Shown: piece by piece, positions 52,089 through 64,000 of the stretch
Layout: every line of letters starts with the position of its first letter
How positions within the stretch are numbered: position 1 is the stretch's first letter
DNA from: Euglena gracilis
Taxonomy: Eukaryota
Assembly: GCA_039621445.1 (NCBI GenBank)
Contig: CP154954.1
Location: 13,014,716 to 13,078,715, forward strand
DNA: 64,000 bases
Reading direction: 5' to 3'
Program-made: the position numbers and the translations under genes
Notes under the pieces: generated by a model
Databases searched by the model: none
What the model saw: the letters and a program-made list of their open reading frames with translations, nothing else
Told to the model about the DNA's origin: nothing

Positions 52089-52955
52089 GTCTAGCACCAG
52101 AGGAAAACGGGAAATAATACCACAGTTTCATCACATTCATTTTCCTGCTCCAAACACACTGAAGTTCTTGGTTGGCTGTAAATTGGTCAGTGTGCTCAAC
52201 TGCACACATCGTCCATATATGCAAGTGCACACACCGACATCATTTTTGCTGTTTTGTGGGTGTCAAGAGATTGAAAATTGGTGGTATTGTAATAGACAAT
52301 GTATAAGACATAGACAGCCAATGAACTCAACTGGTAACTGGTGGCAGTTCTCCTGCGTCTTCTTCACCTCATCAACCACCAGTTGCAGATTTCTCTAACA
52401 GCCTATTTGTACCTATTTTATGTGTTGAATGTTAGAAACCCTTCAACGCAATCTGCGGACAGACCCGGCAAAAATAAGTTCGTGTGCCAGACACCAAAAG
52501 GGACATACAACTATGTAATGATGAAAGGTTGTACAAACAACAACAGGTATTTTTGGGCTCGCCGTTATTTATCTAATTTAATAATCTAATTCAAATATTA
52601 TGTAACTCTTCTTAACATGTGCGCACACCATCACAAAATTTTGATATAATTTTTGTTTTGGAGGGCTGGGCTCAGGTTTTTGAGCTGTCTGTGACACACC
52701 ATCTCTTTTTTCATTGATGTCCACAAGCGTCCAGCGGTGACAGCTGGGAGAATGGCGCAAATTTTGAAAGTTTGAATGTCGCAGAGGTGACATTTGACAG
52801 GGAAATTTGGGTCCGGGCCCAAATGCGGGGGGTCCAACCCCCTCCCCTCTGTCAACAACTGGGCCCTCCGCCCCCGGGAAGTCAAAGGCTGCCACACACA
52901 CACAGACACACACACACACACACACACACAACACACACACACACACACACACACA

Positions 52956-53403
52956 CAGGGATTTTCTTAAGGACCCCCCGGGGGGGGGGTCCAGCCTCCG
53001 GCTGGCAAAAGGCTGCTGGCTGGAAATGAGCTGCTGGCTGGACCCCCCCCCCGGGGGGGATGGAGGGGGGTCTGGAGCTGGCTGGGCTGGGCTGGGTCGA
53101 TCAAAACCAAAATTTTCTAACATTTTTTTTGCTGTTTTCGACATTTTGATGGATGGATCTGGATCAAGGCCGTGATGGAGGAAGCTGTAATGAGGGGAAA
53201 ATATGCGGGGATAGGTGAGCTTGGCAGCCCAGTTGGCTGGCCAGCCTGCGGCCGGCTGGCCCGGCCTCCAGGACCCAATCACCCGACCCCCCCCGGGGGG
53301 GGGGGGCCTCCCAGCCCCAATTTGGGCTGCTGTCTGGATTTGAGCTGCTGGCTGGCTGGACCCCCCCCAGGGGGATGGGGTGTCCTCCGGCTTAAGAAAA
53401 CCC
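52956..53403. mobile_element. MITE of the 36535-36951 family (inverted), inserted in a (CA)n tract
   Basis: Ends CAGGGATTTTCTTAAG / CTTAAGAAAACCC; 52987-53045 is the reverse complement of ~36865-36925; (CA)n at 52893-52956 and 53404-53505. Confidence 0.8.
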
Positions 53404-53449
53404 ACAACCACACAACCACATACACACACACACACACACGAACACACAC

Positions 53450-53508
<59 letters not shown>

Positions 53509-54529
53509 CCTGGTACTCACAACCCCTCCCTTTCCTGGATGACAACTGCCAGCAGGTGGTTGTCTGGGGGGTGGTTGACATGTCCACCTCTTTGGCAGGG
53601 CGTCTTGTTCTTGAAACCTGCCGATGACCGCCAGCAAAGCCACCGCGCTGCGGCCGCCCCAGCCCGCCGACCTCGAAGTCTGCCTGAAGGGCCCAGCTGC
53701 CAAGCGGGCCGCGACCAAAGGGGCCCGGGTTGGGTCCGCCGCCTAAACTCCCCAGGAGCAACCTCCACGTGCCAGCATCGCATTTCTCGGGTACTTCCAG
53801 GCATTTTTTTTTAACCCCAGTGAACTACGAAGTTAAGTTATGAGCATTTTTGCGGGTCATTTGGTTTGCATTAATTTGACAACATAATATTTCTCCCCAA
53901 ATCTTCAACCTTTCCACCTCCAGGAATCAACGACGGGGGGGACTGTCAGTTAAATTGAATTCCCCCCCAAGATTGTGACCCCTCCCCGAGCTCTTTTGGC
54001 ACCGCTCTTCATCCTCCGCACCCATCAGCGGGAGCACACACCGACCAGCAGCAGGGGACTCACTTGTGCTTGTTGGGAGACGGTTGGGGCTTGTTTTTAT
54101 GGCCCCTCGATGGTCCACCTCACCACCGTCCAACGTCTTCGGCATTTGCCCCCTCGTCCACCGACCACTTCTTCACGTTGCAGGTCAGGGGTACATATGA
54201 CCCTGGTCAGGGGTTGTTGGCCCCGGTCGGTGGGCATGGGGGGGGTACACTTATTATTATCCATCCCCAAAAAGGATTATCAACCCCTTTTTTCTGGAAC
54301 CGAGGAATGAAGGCAAATGGTGGATTCCCCACGCACCGGAAGCACGTCCCCCTCATTGTTGTCTCCAATCGTCCACCCTTCCAGCAATGTTTGTGTCAAA
54401 TATTTGGGGCCGACACACCTTTCTAGGTTTATCAACTCGGAGTACAAAATCGTCAGCATCTTTGGGAGTCTCCTGCTCGTAAACCCCCCTCTCTCCAAGA
54501 GTCACGCCACCTCCCAGATACCTGGTTGT

Positions 54530-54680
54530 TGGGTCACAGTTAGGGGATAGGGTTTGGATTCGAATTTGGAAATGTTTGGGTTTGGTGCATTCGGAACTGG
54601 ATTGGGATAGTGTTAGAATTTGAACGTTGAGGATAGGGATAGTGTTCAGGTGGGCACAGGGCCACGTCGATGAACAGGAT
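54530..54680 (+). repeat. Degenerate TTAGGG-like hexamer array near the right end of copy 2
   Basis: TTAGGG, ATAGGG, TTTGGA, TTTGGG and ATAGTG units; the reverse strand translates as PNSNPNPIP. Confidence 0.65.
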
Positions 54681-55110
54681 TAAAAGGTCGGCTGTTTGTT
54701 CTGAGAACGTTGGATTGAAGTGATACCAGTGATATATTATATACATATACATATATATTATACATATATATTATTGAATATATTATTATACATAGATATA
54801 TATATATTATTGAATATATATTATATGATATATATTATACATATATATATATATATTATTGAAGTGATACCAGTGATATGTTATATACATATACATATAC
54901 ATCTATATATATACATATTATATACAAATATATGTGTATATTCATATTTTTATATACATATACATATACATATATATACATATTATATACATATGTGTGT
55001 GTATGTATATGTGTGTATGTGTATTAAGAAATATGTTCCCGGAACTGCTGACCCCGTATTTCCTCTTTTTAGGGGGGAGCCGGCATTTAGTGAGCGTTGG
55101 TTTTGCCCAG

Positions 55111-55750
55111 GGGCGGCGGGTCAGCCGGTCAGACCACCCCCTCCCTTCAAGGGGGCCCCCCGCCCCGGGCCCGACTGCCCCGGCCTCCTCCCCGCCCCGC
55201 CCGCCGCGGCCCCCGCCCGCCCGTCGCATCTCCCGGCCGCCGCCGCCGCCGCCGCGCTGCCCTTCGCGGCACTCCTCGCGGCCGGCGACCGCGACCCCCG
55301 CCGCACGTCCCGCGCCCTACGGCTGTCCTCCGCTGCCCAGGCTGCCCCCGTCGGAGAGTCTTCTGGGCGGGGGGGGGGGCGACACAAATTTTTGTGTGGG
55401 TTTGCATTTTTTGGGATTTGCACACTTTTGTGTCTACCGTGTTGTTGTGTGTTGTTTTCGGAGGGTTCATGTTGTGTCCCCCTGGTGTTCTTATGCATGT
55501 ATGGATGGATGGATGTATATGTATATATGTGTATCTGTTTTACACACACACCCTCTTTCACACATATGCATTAATGCATACCCGGGGCTGCCGGAGCCCC
55601 CTGCGGCCGACTCCCGGGCCATGCTGGCGGCCCTCCAGGCCGCCACCGGCAACCCACCAGCGCCTCCCCTCCCCTCCCCGGCCCCTGCGAAGCGCTTTGT
55701 CCATGACCCGTACTCTTTTGCTGGTTCCCAGGCATCGCCGCCGGGGGGGG
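55111..55750 (+). CDS. Two-exon Pro/Ala-rich coding fragment with an HDPY motif (gene fragment, product unknown)
   Basis: Extreme GC3 bias in ~55111-55365 (PFKGAPRPGPDCPGLLPAPPAAAPARPSHLPAAAAAAALPFAALLAAGDRD...) and ~55580-55750 (DSRAMLAALQAATGNPPAPPLPSPAPAKRFVHDPYSF), separated by AT/microsatellite-rich sequence. Confidence 0.65.
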
Positions 55751-58700
55751 TCAACCGCCAAAATGATTGTGAAATCAGAAAGTCCATGTTTTGGATTATG
55801 TATATATTTTTATTTTTATATACATATACATATATATACATATTATATACAAATATATGTGTATGTATGTGTATATATATGTATGTGTGTGTATTCGTAC
55901 TCAGAAATATGTTCCGGCTTTTTCTGGAAAAATGAAATTTGGAAAATATTTCCTAAATGTGCAGCCCTTTGTAGAAGATTGCGGAGAGCACAAAATGGCG
56001 CAACCAACCCGTTTCCACTCTCCAACTCACTCTGGGCATGGACAAGACATCATGTCAGACAAAAATCATCATCCGCCATACTTCTTCCCCGTCTATCATA
56101 AAATACGCCGGTGGCAACACCCAATCCTTGCGAGTATTTTAGTCTTTTTCCATAATTACAGGCCATAGCATTGCTTCGTGTGAGCACAATCCCCACCTAG
56201 GCCTGAATGCAGTTTTTTGGGGGCTATTTCGCCCGGGTGGGGGGTCGAACAACAATGTCCCCAAGTGCCAATTCTGTCGGGTGGCCAGTGTGTGTGAGCC
56301 GCCTCCCGCGGAGGGAGGGTCCGTCGGGATTGTGTGCCAAGGAGGCTGCCCCGGGAACCGCATCAACGGCCCATACGAGGTGGAGTGAGAGGGCCGCCCC
56401 CCACCCCCCACCCCCGCCCCTCCCCCCACCTCGCCGCCCAAATCTGCCGCCTCGTGTGTGTGCCCTGGCGCTGCACGTGCCCCGCGGTCGGGCCTAGACA
56501 GCGGGCCCGAAGCCGGGCGGGCCACGCAACCGCGACGCTGCACGTTTATCAAAAAACTGCGCCGAGGGCTGGCCTGGGGGGACGCGGTGGGGCAGGGCCA
56601 ACCCGGGGAAAAGTGTCAGTGTTGAAAGTGTCACATGGGAAGCCCTTCGGCGTTGGGATAATTGCCCAGAAAACGGGTGGGGCTTCGACATCCCCTGACC
56701 CCGTGTGGCGTTTTACTTGCGGACAGACCTGGCCCATCCCTTGGTTGTTTTTTTTGTGGCCCAAATTGGCCATTTGGTCTGCTTTTGGCCGACCGGTCAA
56801 CTGTCCTCTTCCCTCTGTCCCCGCCGACCTGTTTATGAAAAATTTTCAATTTCCCCTGTACCCAGTGATTTGTCCGGGGACAATTTCCCCAGGGGGGGAT
56901 AGGATTGACACCTACGTCAGCAGTAATTCTGTTTTATTTGACTATTGGGTTTTGTTATTTAATTTATTTCTTCATTATCGCTCTCCTAAGGAGAATTGCG
57001 GATTCCTGGTGCTGAATCGTTGTTCTCCAACGATGTTTCATTTGTCTAAGTCGAAAGATTTGAGGCCCAAAATAGCCAAAATAAGACACAAACAAGGACT
57101 TTGTACGGTTTGAAAACGTACACAATTGAACTTTTTCCCACTTGATGTGCTGACTAATGTCGGACCAGCTGCAATCACCCCCCCAGGAGATTTCAAATTT
57201 TAATCAGATGTCTGATAAGAGAGCCCACTGGTCCAAGTAGCAATTTGTCTTTGCTCCACCAGGAGCATGTTTTCTGGATCTGGTCATTTTATTCGGAAGC
57301 AAAAACAATTTTCAAAAACACAGCGATGAGAGTTATTTTTATGAAGCGTCGTGTCACACACCAAAGTAAACAAAGCCTCACACACACAAAATGGACAGCC
57401 CTCCAGTCAAGCGCCTGCCTGCCAGTCCCAACCTTATGATGGTCTGTGTTGCCCTCCGCCTTCACAGTGTTCTGGACACACAGCGGCCGTTTGCCTGAAT
57501 CCGCAGGGAGAGTTTGTGTGTGTCAGGATTGGGGGGGGGGTAAGGGTTGTCGACAGGTGAAAAATGACAGTATCTTTTAAGTTTTAGGAATCCCACCACC
57601 CTCCCTTATCCTAGACACACCTTGTCGTTAACACCACATCTTTGAATGGTTTTTTGAAGAAAAGAAAAACGTCAAAATCTCGAAATTGAAATTATTTGGT
57701 TGTTTTCAGTATTGATTTGATTTTGTTTGAGATTTTCAAAATTTTTGATTTCTTTTCATTTGTCTCCCAAGGATAACCCCCCCCCCCGGTTGATCAGTTT
57801 AGGGTCCCGGACTTATCCGACCCAGGCAGGGGGTGTCAACGACATGGTATGTCTACAGGATGGCACTGGCAATGGACAGCAATGGGAAAAAACCCATTTT
57901 CATATGATTTTGGCTTTTGTTTGGAGCAAGCCCCTTAAGAGAAAAGCATCTGTGTGCCTCCTCCCAGCCCGTCAAGGCACAACGCCCATGATTTAATGGG
58001 ATTCCTCAAAATGGCATCACAAACACACCAGTACAGGAGGAAAAAACTATTTGAGCTTTCCAAGGCGGTGGTGGCATGTCCGGGGTTGTCGTCAAAGCCG
58101 GAGGGAACTCCACCGGGTGGGGGGGGGTCCAGCCAGCCAACGTCTTTTCATCCAGCGTCAGCTTCTCTTACCCCGTCCCTCCCCAATGATGAGTTTCAAT
58201 TCCTGTTCAGCCGCCCTACGGGCGGTTCAACCGGAACAGATTTTGTGCAGGATGGACCAGAAATGGGTGGGAATGGGAAACATTTCCCCTCCTCTGGTGT
58301 TTGCAGTCCCCCCCCCCGGGACCACGAACACCAAAGGAGGGGAGGGCAGCACTCCCACCGTTTAGGGGGTTTGTCCCCGATCCACACCACCAGCGCAAAG
58401 GGAGAACCCTTCCGCCCAGCAAGCCCCGGAGGAGAAAGTTGGCCAACAGCAACGGCCGGGATTCGGCCACACTCCCTCCCACCGCCTTACTCTCGGCGCA
58501 CGACCCGGGCGAGGCGCCCCCCCCCCCCTGCGTCCCCGGCCCAGCCAGACCCCGCCGCCACAGACGTGCGCGGCGGCTCGCAGGCATGCTGTTGCTGGCC
58601 AATGGCCGGATTGGGGACTGCGTCTCTCACGTTTGGTGATGGGACAACAAAAGCCACCGCAGCACCTTTCCTCCTGCCAGTAGCTCCCGTAGGAACCCCA

Positions 58701-59435
58701 AATGGGCTTTCATCCGTGAAAATAAAATTCAGACAGCCCAGAACAGCTGGGATTGGGTTTTTTTATCGGTCCAAAGCGCTAAAGTTTTTGCAGGTGGGAA
58801 AAAATGACAAAAAATGGTGTTTTTGAGAGTCTTTTTTTCTTGTTTTTGATATTGTTTTTTGGTCTAAGTTTTCACGTAAAAAATACCAAATCTGAACCCT
58901 TTTTTTTTCCCGGTTCGCTGAAAGAAATTTTCCCTGCACGAAGTTGTGATGGGTCTGGCGGGTCCGACTCCCATCCAAAACTTCCCGTTAACCCCGAGGT
59001 CCTGCTTTGGTGTTGCATTGCTGCCATTCCCCACAGTGAGACTTTCTTCACCAAGTGGAAGAATGAGGCTCCCCGCTGACACGCAGCACCGGCGTGGGGG
59101 CAAGGTTCCCACCCCTGCATCCCTGACCTGCCCATTTTCTAACGGGCCTTCCCAGCTGCCCTTCCAGCATGCGGTGTGCACTGTGACCCTAGTGAGTTGT
59201 CGTTTTCACTGGGCGATCCCCGCCTCTCTGTAATCTGATTTTGTGACTTCTCTGTATGAGGGCAGGAGGCGGAAAAATGGAAAGGAAAAATGCACACGAT
59301 TGGGGAGTTCTTTAGGTATCATTGGTCAATACCCAAAACCCTAACAGTTTCTTGGGAACTCCCCACAACCCCAAGTCTTCGCTTCTCCTTTCAGTGGGCC
59401 CAGGCTGGCCCCTGTGGCGGTTTCTATACTCCTGT

Positions 59436-59449
59436 GGTGATATATATAT

Positions 59450-59510
<61 letters not shown>

Positions 59511-59596
59511 TGGTGATATATATATACATATACATATACATATACATATATATACATATACATACATGTACATATACATATGTACATGTATATGTG

Positions 59597-59665
<69 letters not shown>

Positions 59666-59864
59666 ATATATATACATATATATATGTATATAGATATGTA
59701 TATATATATGGATATGTATATGCATATGTATATGTATATGCATATGTATATGTATATATATGTATGTATATATACATATACATAGACATATACATATACA
59801 TACATATATATTATATATATGGCAAGACTAACTCAAGACTATATATATACATATATATACATAC

Positions 59865-59897
<33 letters not shown>

Positions 59898-60203
59898 AAT
59901 ACATTCTATACCCCTGTGGTGATACCTATTGGTATATATATATATATATTATATATATATATATATATGGCAGGGGGGTCCAGTAGTTATACCTGGGAGG
60001 CCGAAATCCCCGGTAGGTACAACGACCGGAGGGAGGGCCAGGGAGTTAGTCTTGCCATATATATAATACATATATTTATATGTATATGTATATGTATATG
60101 TAAATGTAGATGTATAGGTATAGGTATATGTATATGTATGTATAGGTATAGGTATATGTATATGTATATGTATATATAACATATACATATATATATATTA
60201 TAT

Positions 60204-60234
<31 letters not shown>

Positions 60235-60365
60235 CACCACAGGGGTATATATATATGTATATATATATGTATATATATACATAATCTTGAGTTAGTCTTG
60301 CCATATATAATATATATATATATATGTATATGTATATGTCTATGTATATGTATATATATGTATGT
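59436..60365. repeat. Complex (TA)n/(TATATG)n microsatellite field containing inverted GGCAAG-ended element termini
   Basis: GGCAAGACTAACTCAAGA at 59821 versus TCTTGAGTTAGTCTTGCC ending at 60302, with a second partial end at 60043-60056. CCTGTGGTGATA at 59431 and 59913 versus TATCACCACAGG at ~60232-60243. Confidence 0.85.
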
Positions 60366-60424
60366 AAGTTGGTTGCAATGACCTTTCACCCCACCGGGTT
60401 ATTTGGGGGTGTTATCATACATAT

Positions 60425-61160
60425 GGCAAGTGGGCAGGTTAATACCCCCGGGGGGGTATTAACTGATTAAACTTCCTACCCGCCCCCCCCCCCCGGGGCA
60501 ATTGACGCCCCCGGGCAATTGTCTCTCCCCTCTGTGCCGGCCAATTTGTCACCCCGGGAAATTGTCACCCCCCTCCGTGCGGCCTGGTTTGTCGGGGGGG
60601 GGGGGCGGGTACTGGTTTGGGCACGGGTACCCTGGGGTTTTTGAAGGGCGCAGGGTTGAGGACCCGCCGGCCTGGGTTCGGCCGCGCGCGCGACGTTCAT
60701 CCTCTCTTCGCAAGTGGCATAACATTATCATTATGCACCTTAAATGCATAATGAACAGTTTTTGGGGGCATTGTTGATGCGTTGTTTTATTGTTTGGGCA
60801 TTCTTGAATTTTTTTGTTCCCGGCTCGACCCCCAGTTGATTCCAGGTTCCACCTGTGGGACCCCTGTGGGGGGGGATGGGAGAGTCAGCCAGCAGCCTTT
60901 TTCCAGCCTCTGAGCTGGACCTCCGGGGTTTTTTAAGCAATGCCCTGCATGCTGTTGGATACATCCAGTCATCTTTTGGCCGTTTTTTTTTTGTGATTGC
61001 CACCGTTTGCCGTGCTTTTTTGAATGTTCCCTAACATAGGAACCCAGGCCAAACAGTCCTCTCCCTAAACCTGCACCTTTCACTGACTCCAGGGTACCCG
61101 TGTCTACCCCGCGTTGGGAAGTTTAATCCCCCCCGGGGGGTATTAAACTTCCCACTTGCC
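60425..61160. mobile_element. GGCAAG-ended TIR element related in architecture to 7021-7318
   Basis: GGCAAGTGGGCAGGTTAATACCCCCGGGGGG / CCCCCCGGGGGGTATTAAACTTCCCACTTGCC; internal inverted CACGGGTACCCTGG (60622) / CCAGGGTACCCGTG (~61089); TA-rich flanks. Confidence 0.8.
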
Positions 61161-64000
61161 TTAAATATATAAACATATATTACGTTATATGTATTATACA
61201 TAGACATATATATTATTTGTGGGTGTGTGCATACAATGATATGGTTTGTATGTATATAATCACACACATATATTGTATCATATATCAATGATAATTATGT
61301 GGTAATATTACCATAGTGATTTCTCAGTCATCGATATTCCGCGGAACTGGCGCTCCGCGGGCCGAAGATCAACTACCCTGTCCCAGGCGTTGCCCCCGGC
61401 CGGTTGCCCCCTCCCGTTGCGTGAGGGGCATTCCAGTCCATCGTCCATCGCTGCGCCCACTGGTGCCGCCTTTGGCGACGTCCAGGCCCTGGCAAGCCCC
61501 GGCAACAAGAGGAACTTCACACACCCAGGGGCGATGAATCAATCCAAAATCAGCTTGTACTCCGTAATTCGCGGTCTTATTTACGCTGTCACTGAAGATA
61601 GTATCGCACCAGTCAATATTGTCGTTCTTGTTGTCGCACGGTATAATATGTATGATTCTGCCTCTTTATGTGTATTTCCAAAGTACATATAACCCCCCGT
61701 ATTTTATTGCTTTTCAGCCAACATGACCCATACCGTCAAGATGACTGGTCGTCAAACTGCGCCCGCCGTCCCGCAGCCTGCCACCGTGTGAGCCAGCAGC
61801 TTCCACAACCCCTCCCTCACCCCCATTAAAGTGTCCACGCTGTAGGCCCATTCCCATTGCCCCGCTTCGGATGTGGCTGTCTGTCAGCCTATGCTCAAAC
61901 CCAGCTGCCACAGTGGTGTTCAGCCTCGGGGCCCTGACTGAGGAACACAACAGTCCCCCTGGTACAAGGACAATATCTGGTGGAACAGGTGGTGGAACGT
62001 CCCTGAACCTGTCAGCTGTGGAAGGAGGTCTGTAGTTGGTGGCAAGTTGTCCACACTGCCCCCCTTGTTAAGTTTTCTGTGACACCCGCTTTTCGGCGCC
62101 GAAGGTGCCGAAAATTTTTTTTGAAAAAGTGGGTGCCCCCCCAGGGGGTGGGTGGGTGGGTGGGAGGGGACCCCGCCTCCCGCCCCCCAGTCTTAAATAA
62201 TCCCCAAGGGATGCATTGTGCCTCATTTTTGGACTAAAAATTTGGGGTCCTAGAGGGCACTTTAAATTTGAAATTGTGAGGATAAATCCTGGAAGTGCCA
62301 TTTCTTTTGATCTTTCAGGGGTGAAAAATTAGTTTTTTTGCAGGCTCAAATTGCAATTTTGTGTTGTGTTTAAGATTTACAAAGTATCTCTCACCCAAGG
62401 ATGCGCGAAATTCCAGTAATGCCGCATTCTCTAAGTGGGGTTTGTGTTAAATTTTGAAGTTGCACAAGTGGTTGGTGTGCGCAAATGTGCAAACCGACCA
62501 GACAAATCATCTGTGCTATGTTTGCAAACAAATTATTTCCAGTTATTCCCGTTTTCACAACATTCAAATCTCAGCCGGCACATACGGCCGGTTTACACAC
62601 GTGTGCACAAATGGACCATTTGCGCAAATGCACACACCAACTGCCAATTTTCTCATGGTGGCATGTGAGTCCAAGGATGGAAAAACTCCAGAAAGTGACA
62701 CCCCTCCTCTGTTGGGCCCAATTTGACCAGGTCCAAATACATGGGCGGGGCGGGTAGCACAATTTTTGTATCTGGAATATTCAGCAACGGACCCAAAAAG
62801 TGGACTTGGTGGATGCATATTTTGAAGCCTTGAAGCCTCCCCCCGTGGTTCAGACACAAAATGCCACTAATTTAATCATCCTGATAAAAAATCACCCTCT
62901 CCCCCGGGGCCTTGGTTCCGCCCTGCCGGTGGTCAACGGCCCAGTCCTCGTCTGGTGTGGGTCCTGCTCATATCTACCCATACACTGGGCTGCATGCTGT
63001 CTGCCAAATGAACCGACATGACCAACGACAGGGCGGGAAAACTATTGTTAGATATTTTGGTTTTTGAAATATTTTAAAGATTGGCGACCTGTGAGGGGAG
63101 GGAGGGGTTGCCCCCCCCCCCCCCACCGACCTGTGTCTGGGGGTGGTTGGGTGGTTGGGTGCCGAACCTCCTCCCCTACTTTTTAATTTGGGTAGGTCTG
63201 CCCCTTGGCTGAGGGGGTCTCAGGCCTATTTGAATGGATGAAAGGCGGGATTTTTTGAAGTTTGGAACCCTGGTGGGTTGGGTGTGTCTGCTGGACTCCC
63301 TCCCCTCCCTTCCAAGGGCCAGTCCCTCTGGCAGAGGAGGGTTTTAGTCATTTTTGGTCTATTTTTTAACCATAAAATTGGCCCCGCAAAAAAAAGTGGG
63401 TCCCCGGACTCCGCCCCGTCGGTGGGGAGGTAGCTGCAGAGGTAGCCCCTGCGTTGTTGGGGGGGACCACCCCTTAAAACAAAATTCCACATGGGGGGCC
63501 TTAACTCTGATCCGCGCAGCCTGGTGGGCCGCGACGCAAAGCCTGGCGGGTCACGTTGAAGCCCTGAAGGAGCGTCGCCTCCGCTACAGTCATCTCCTCT
63601 CCCTTTGCACTGGCACCGCCTTGCGCCGACCCACGATACCCCCCCCTCCCTTGCCCACCGACAACCCCCGGTCGGGGGTTGCAGGTCAAGGGGTGGTTAT
63701 GATCACCCCCCTCTGGTCATTGTTGTAGTAACCGAGTCATTGACAAGGAGGGGGGAACGGGTACCGTACAACAACCTACCAGGGCATACCCAAACAAACA
63801 AAACATTCCAAACATGTCCGACGGGGTCGGAGATGTGGGTTCTCGATCCGAATGCAGGGAGGGAGGGGAGGTTTTCCACAGCTTTTATGCCAGTCGGACG
63901 TGGCAGTCTTTTAAGATGGCCCATTTTTTTGGCTTTGTATCCATTCATCCAGCCTTTACGGTCCCCCCAAACCGACCAATTTGATGCAGATATTCATCCC

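Larger units (their letters stand above)
36030..54730. repeat. Copy 2 of the giant collinear direct repeat
   Basis: Same ordered blocks as 20-25835, with a largely different set of nested insertions (e.g. 38394-38800, 40996-42674, 46250-46351, 50075-52088 are absent from copy 1). Confidence 0.9.

Noticed and set aside
52578-53814. Long ORFs (up to 308 aa) on both strands
   Set aside because: Products of (CA)n tracts and a GC-rich MITE.
54720-56101. The 284-334-aa ORFs of the ORF track as full-length genes
   Set aside because: They run through TA/CA microsatellites; only the GC3-rich segments are supported as exons.
57954-58826. 290-aa plus-strand ORF
   Set aside because: GC-rich mosaic with repeat fragments, no recognisable domain and no consistent codon bias.

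Overview
Repeat-saturated eukaryotic nuclear DNA with no intact long ORF, no recognisable rRNA/tRNA and no CRISPR array. It is most consistent with a euglenid such as Euglena. That is an inference from GC3-rich exon fragments, a CAG...CTG-bounded non-GT-AG intron candidate, HDPY motifs and TTAGGG-like repeats. Architecture: (1) A very large, old, collinear direct repeat (~20-25835 vs ~36030-54730). Its shared blocks look like decayed coding sequence, include an AYMDD motif in both copies and end in a degenerate telomere-like hexamer array. Copy 1 also carries an internal ~4.3-4.9 kb tandem duplication. (2) Many nested non-autonomous DNA elements, several confirmed by empty sites in the paralogous copy: CAG-ended elements with 8-bp TSDs (hAT-like), TA-TSD MITEs, GGCAAG-ended palindromic elements in (TA)n, and families with ~10-bp subterminal repeats. 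(3) At least seven micro-inversions between paralogous copies. (4) A frameshifted minus-strand gene fragment at ~27.0-28.7 kb with one GT-AG and one nonconventional intron candidate, a Pro/Ala-rich FVHDPYSF gene fragment at ~55.1-55.75 kb, and a 2A-like RISEAKNPGP motif at ~35.35 kb. All alignments were made by eye, and coordinates of degenerate repeats are approximate.
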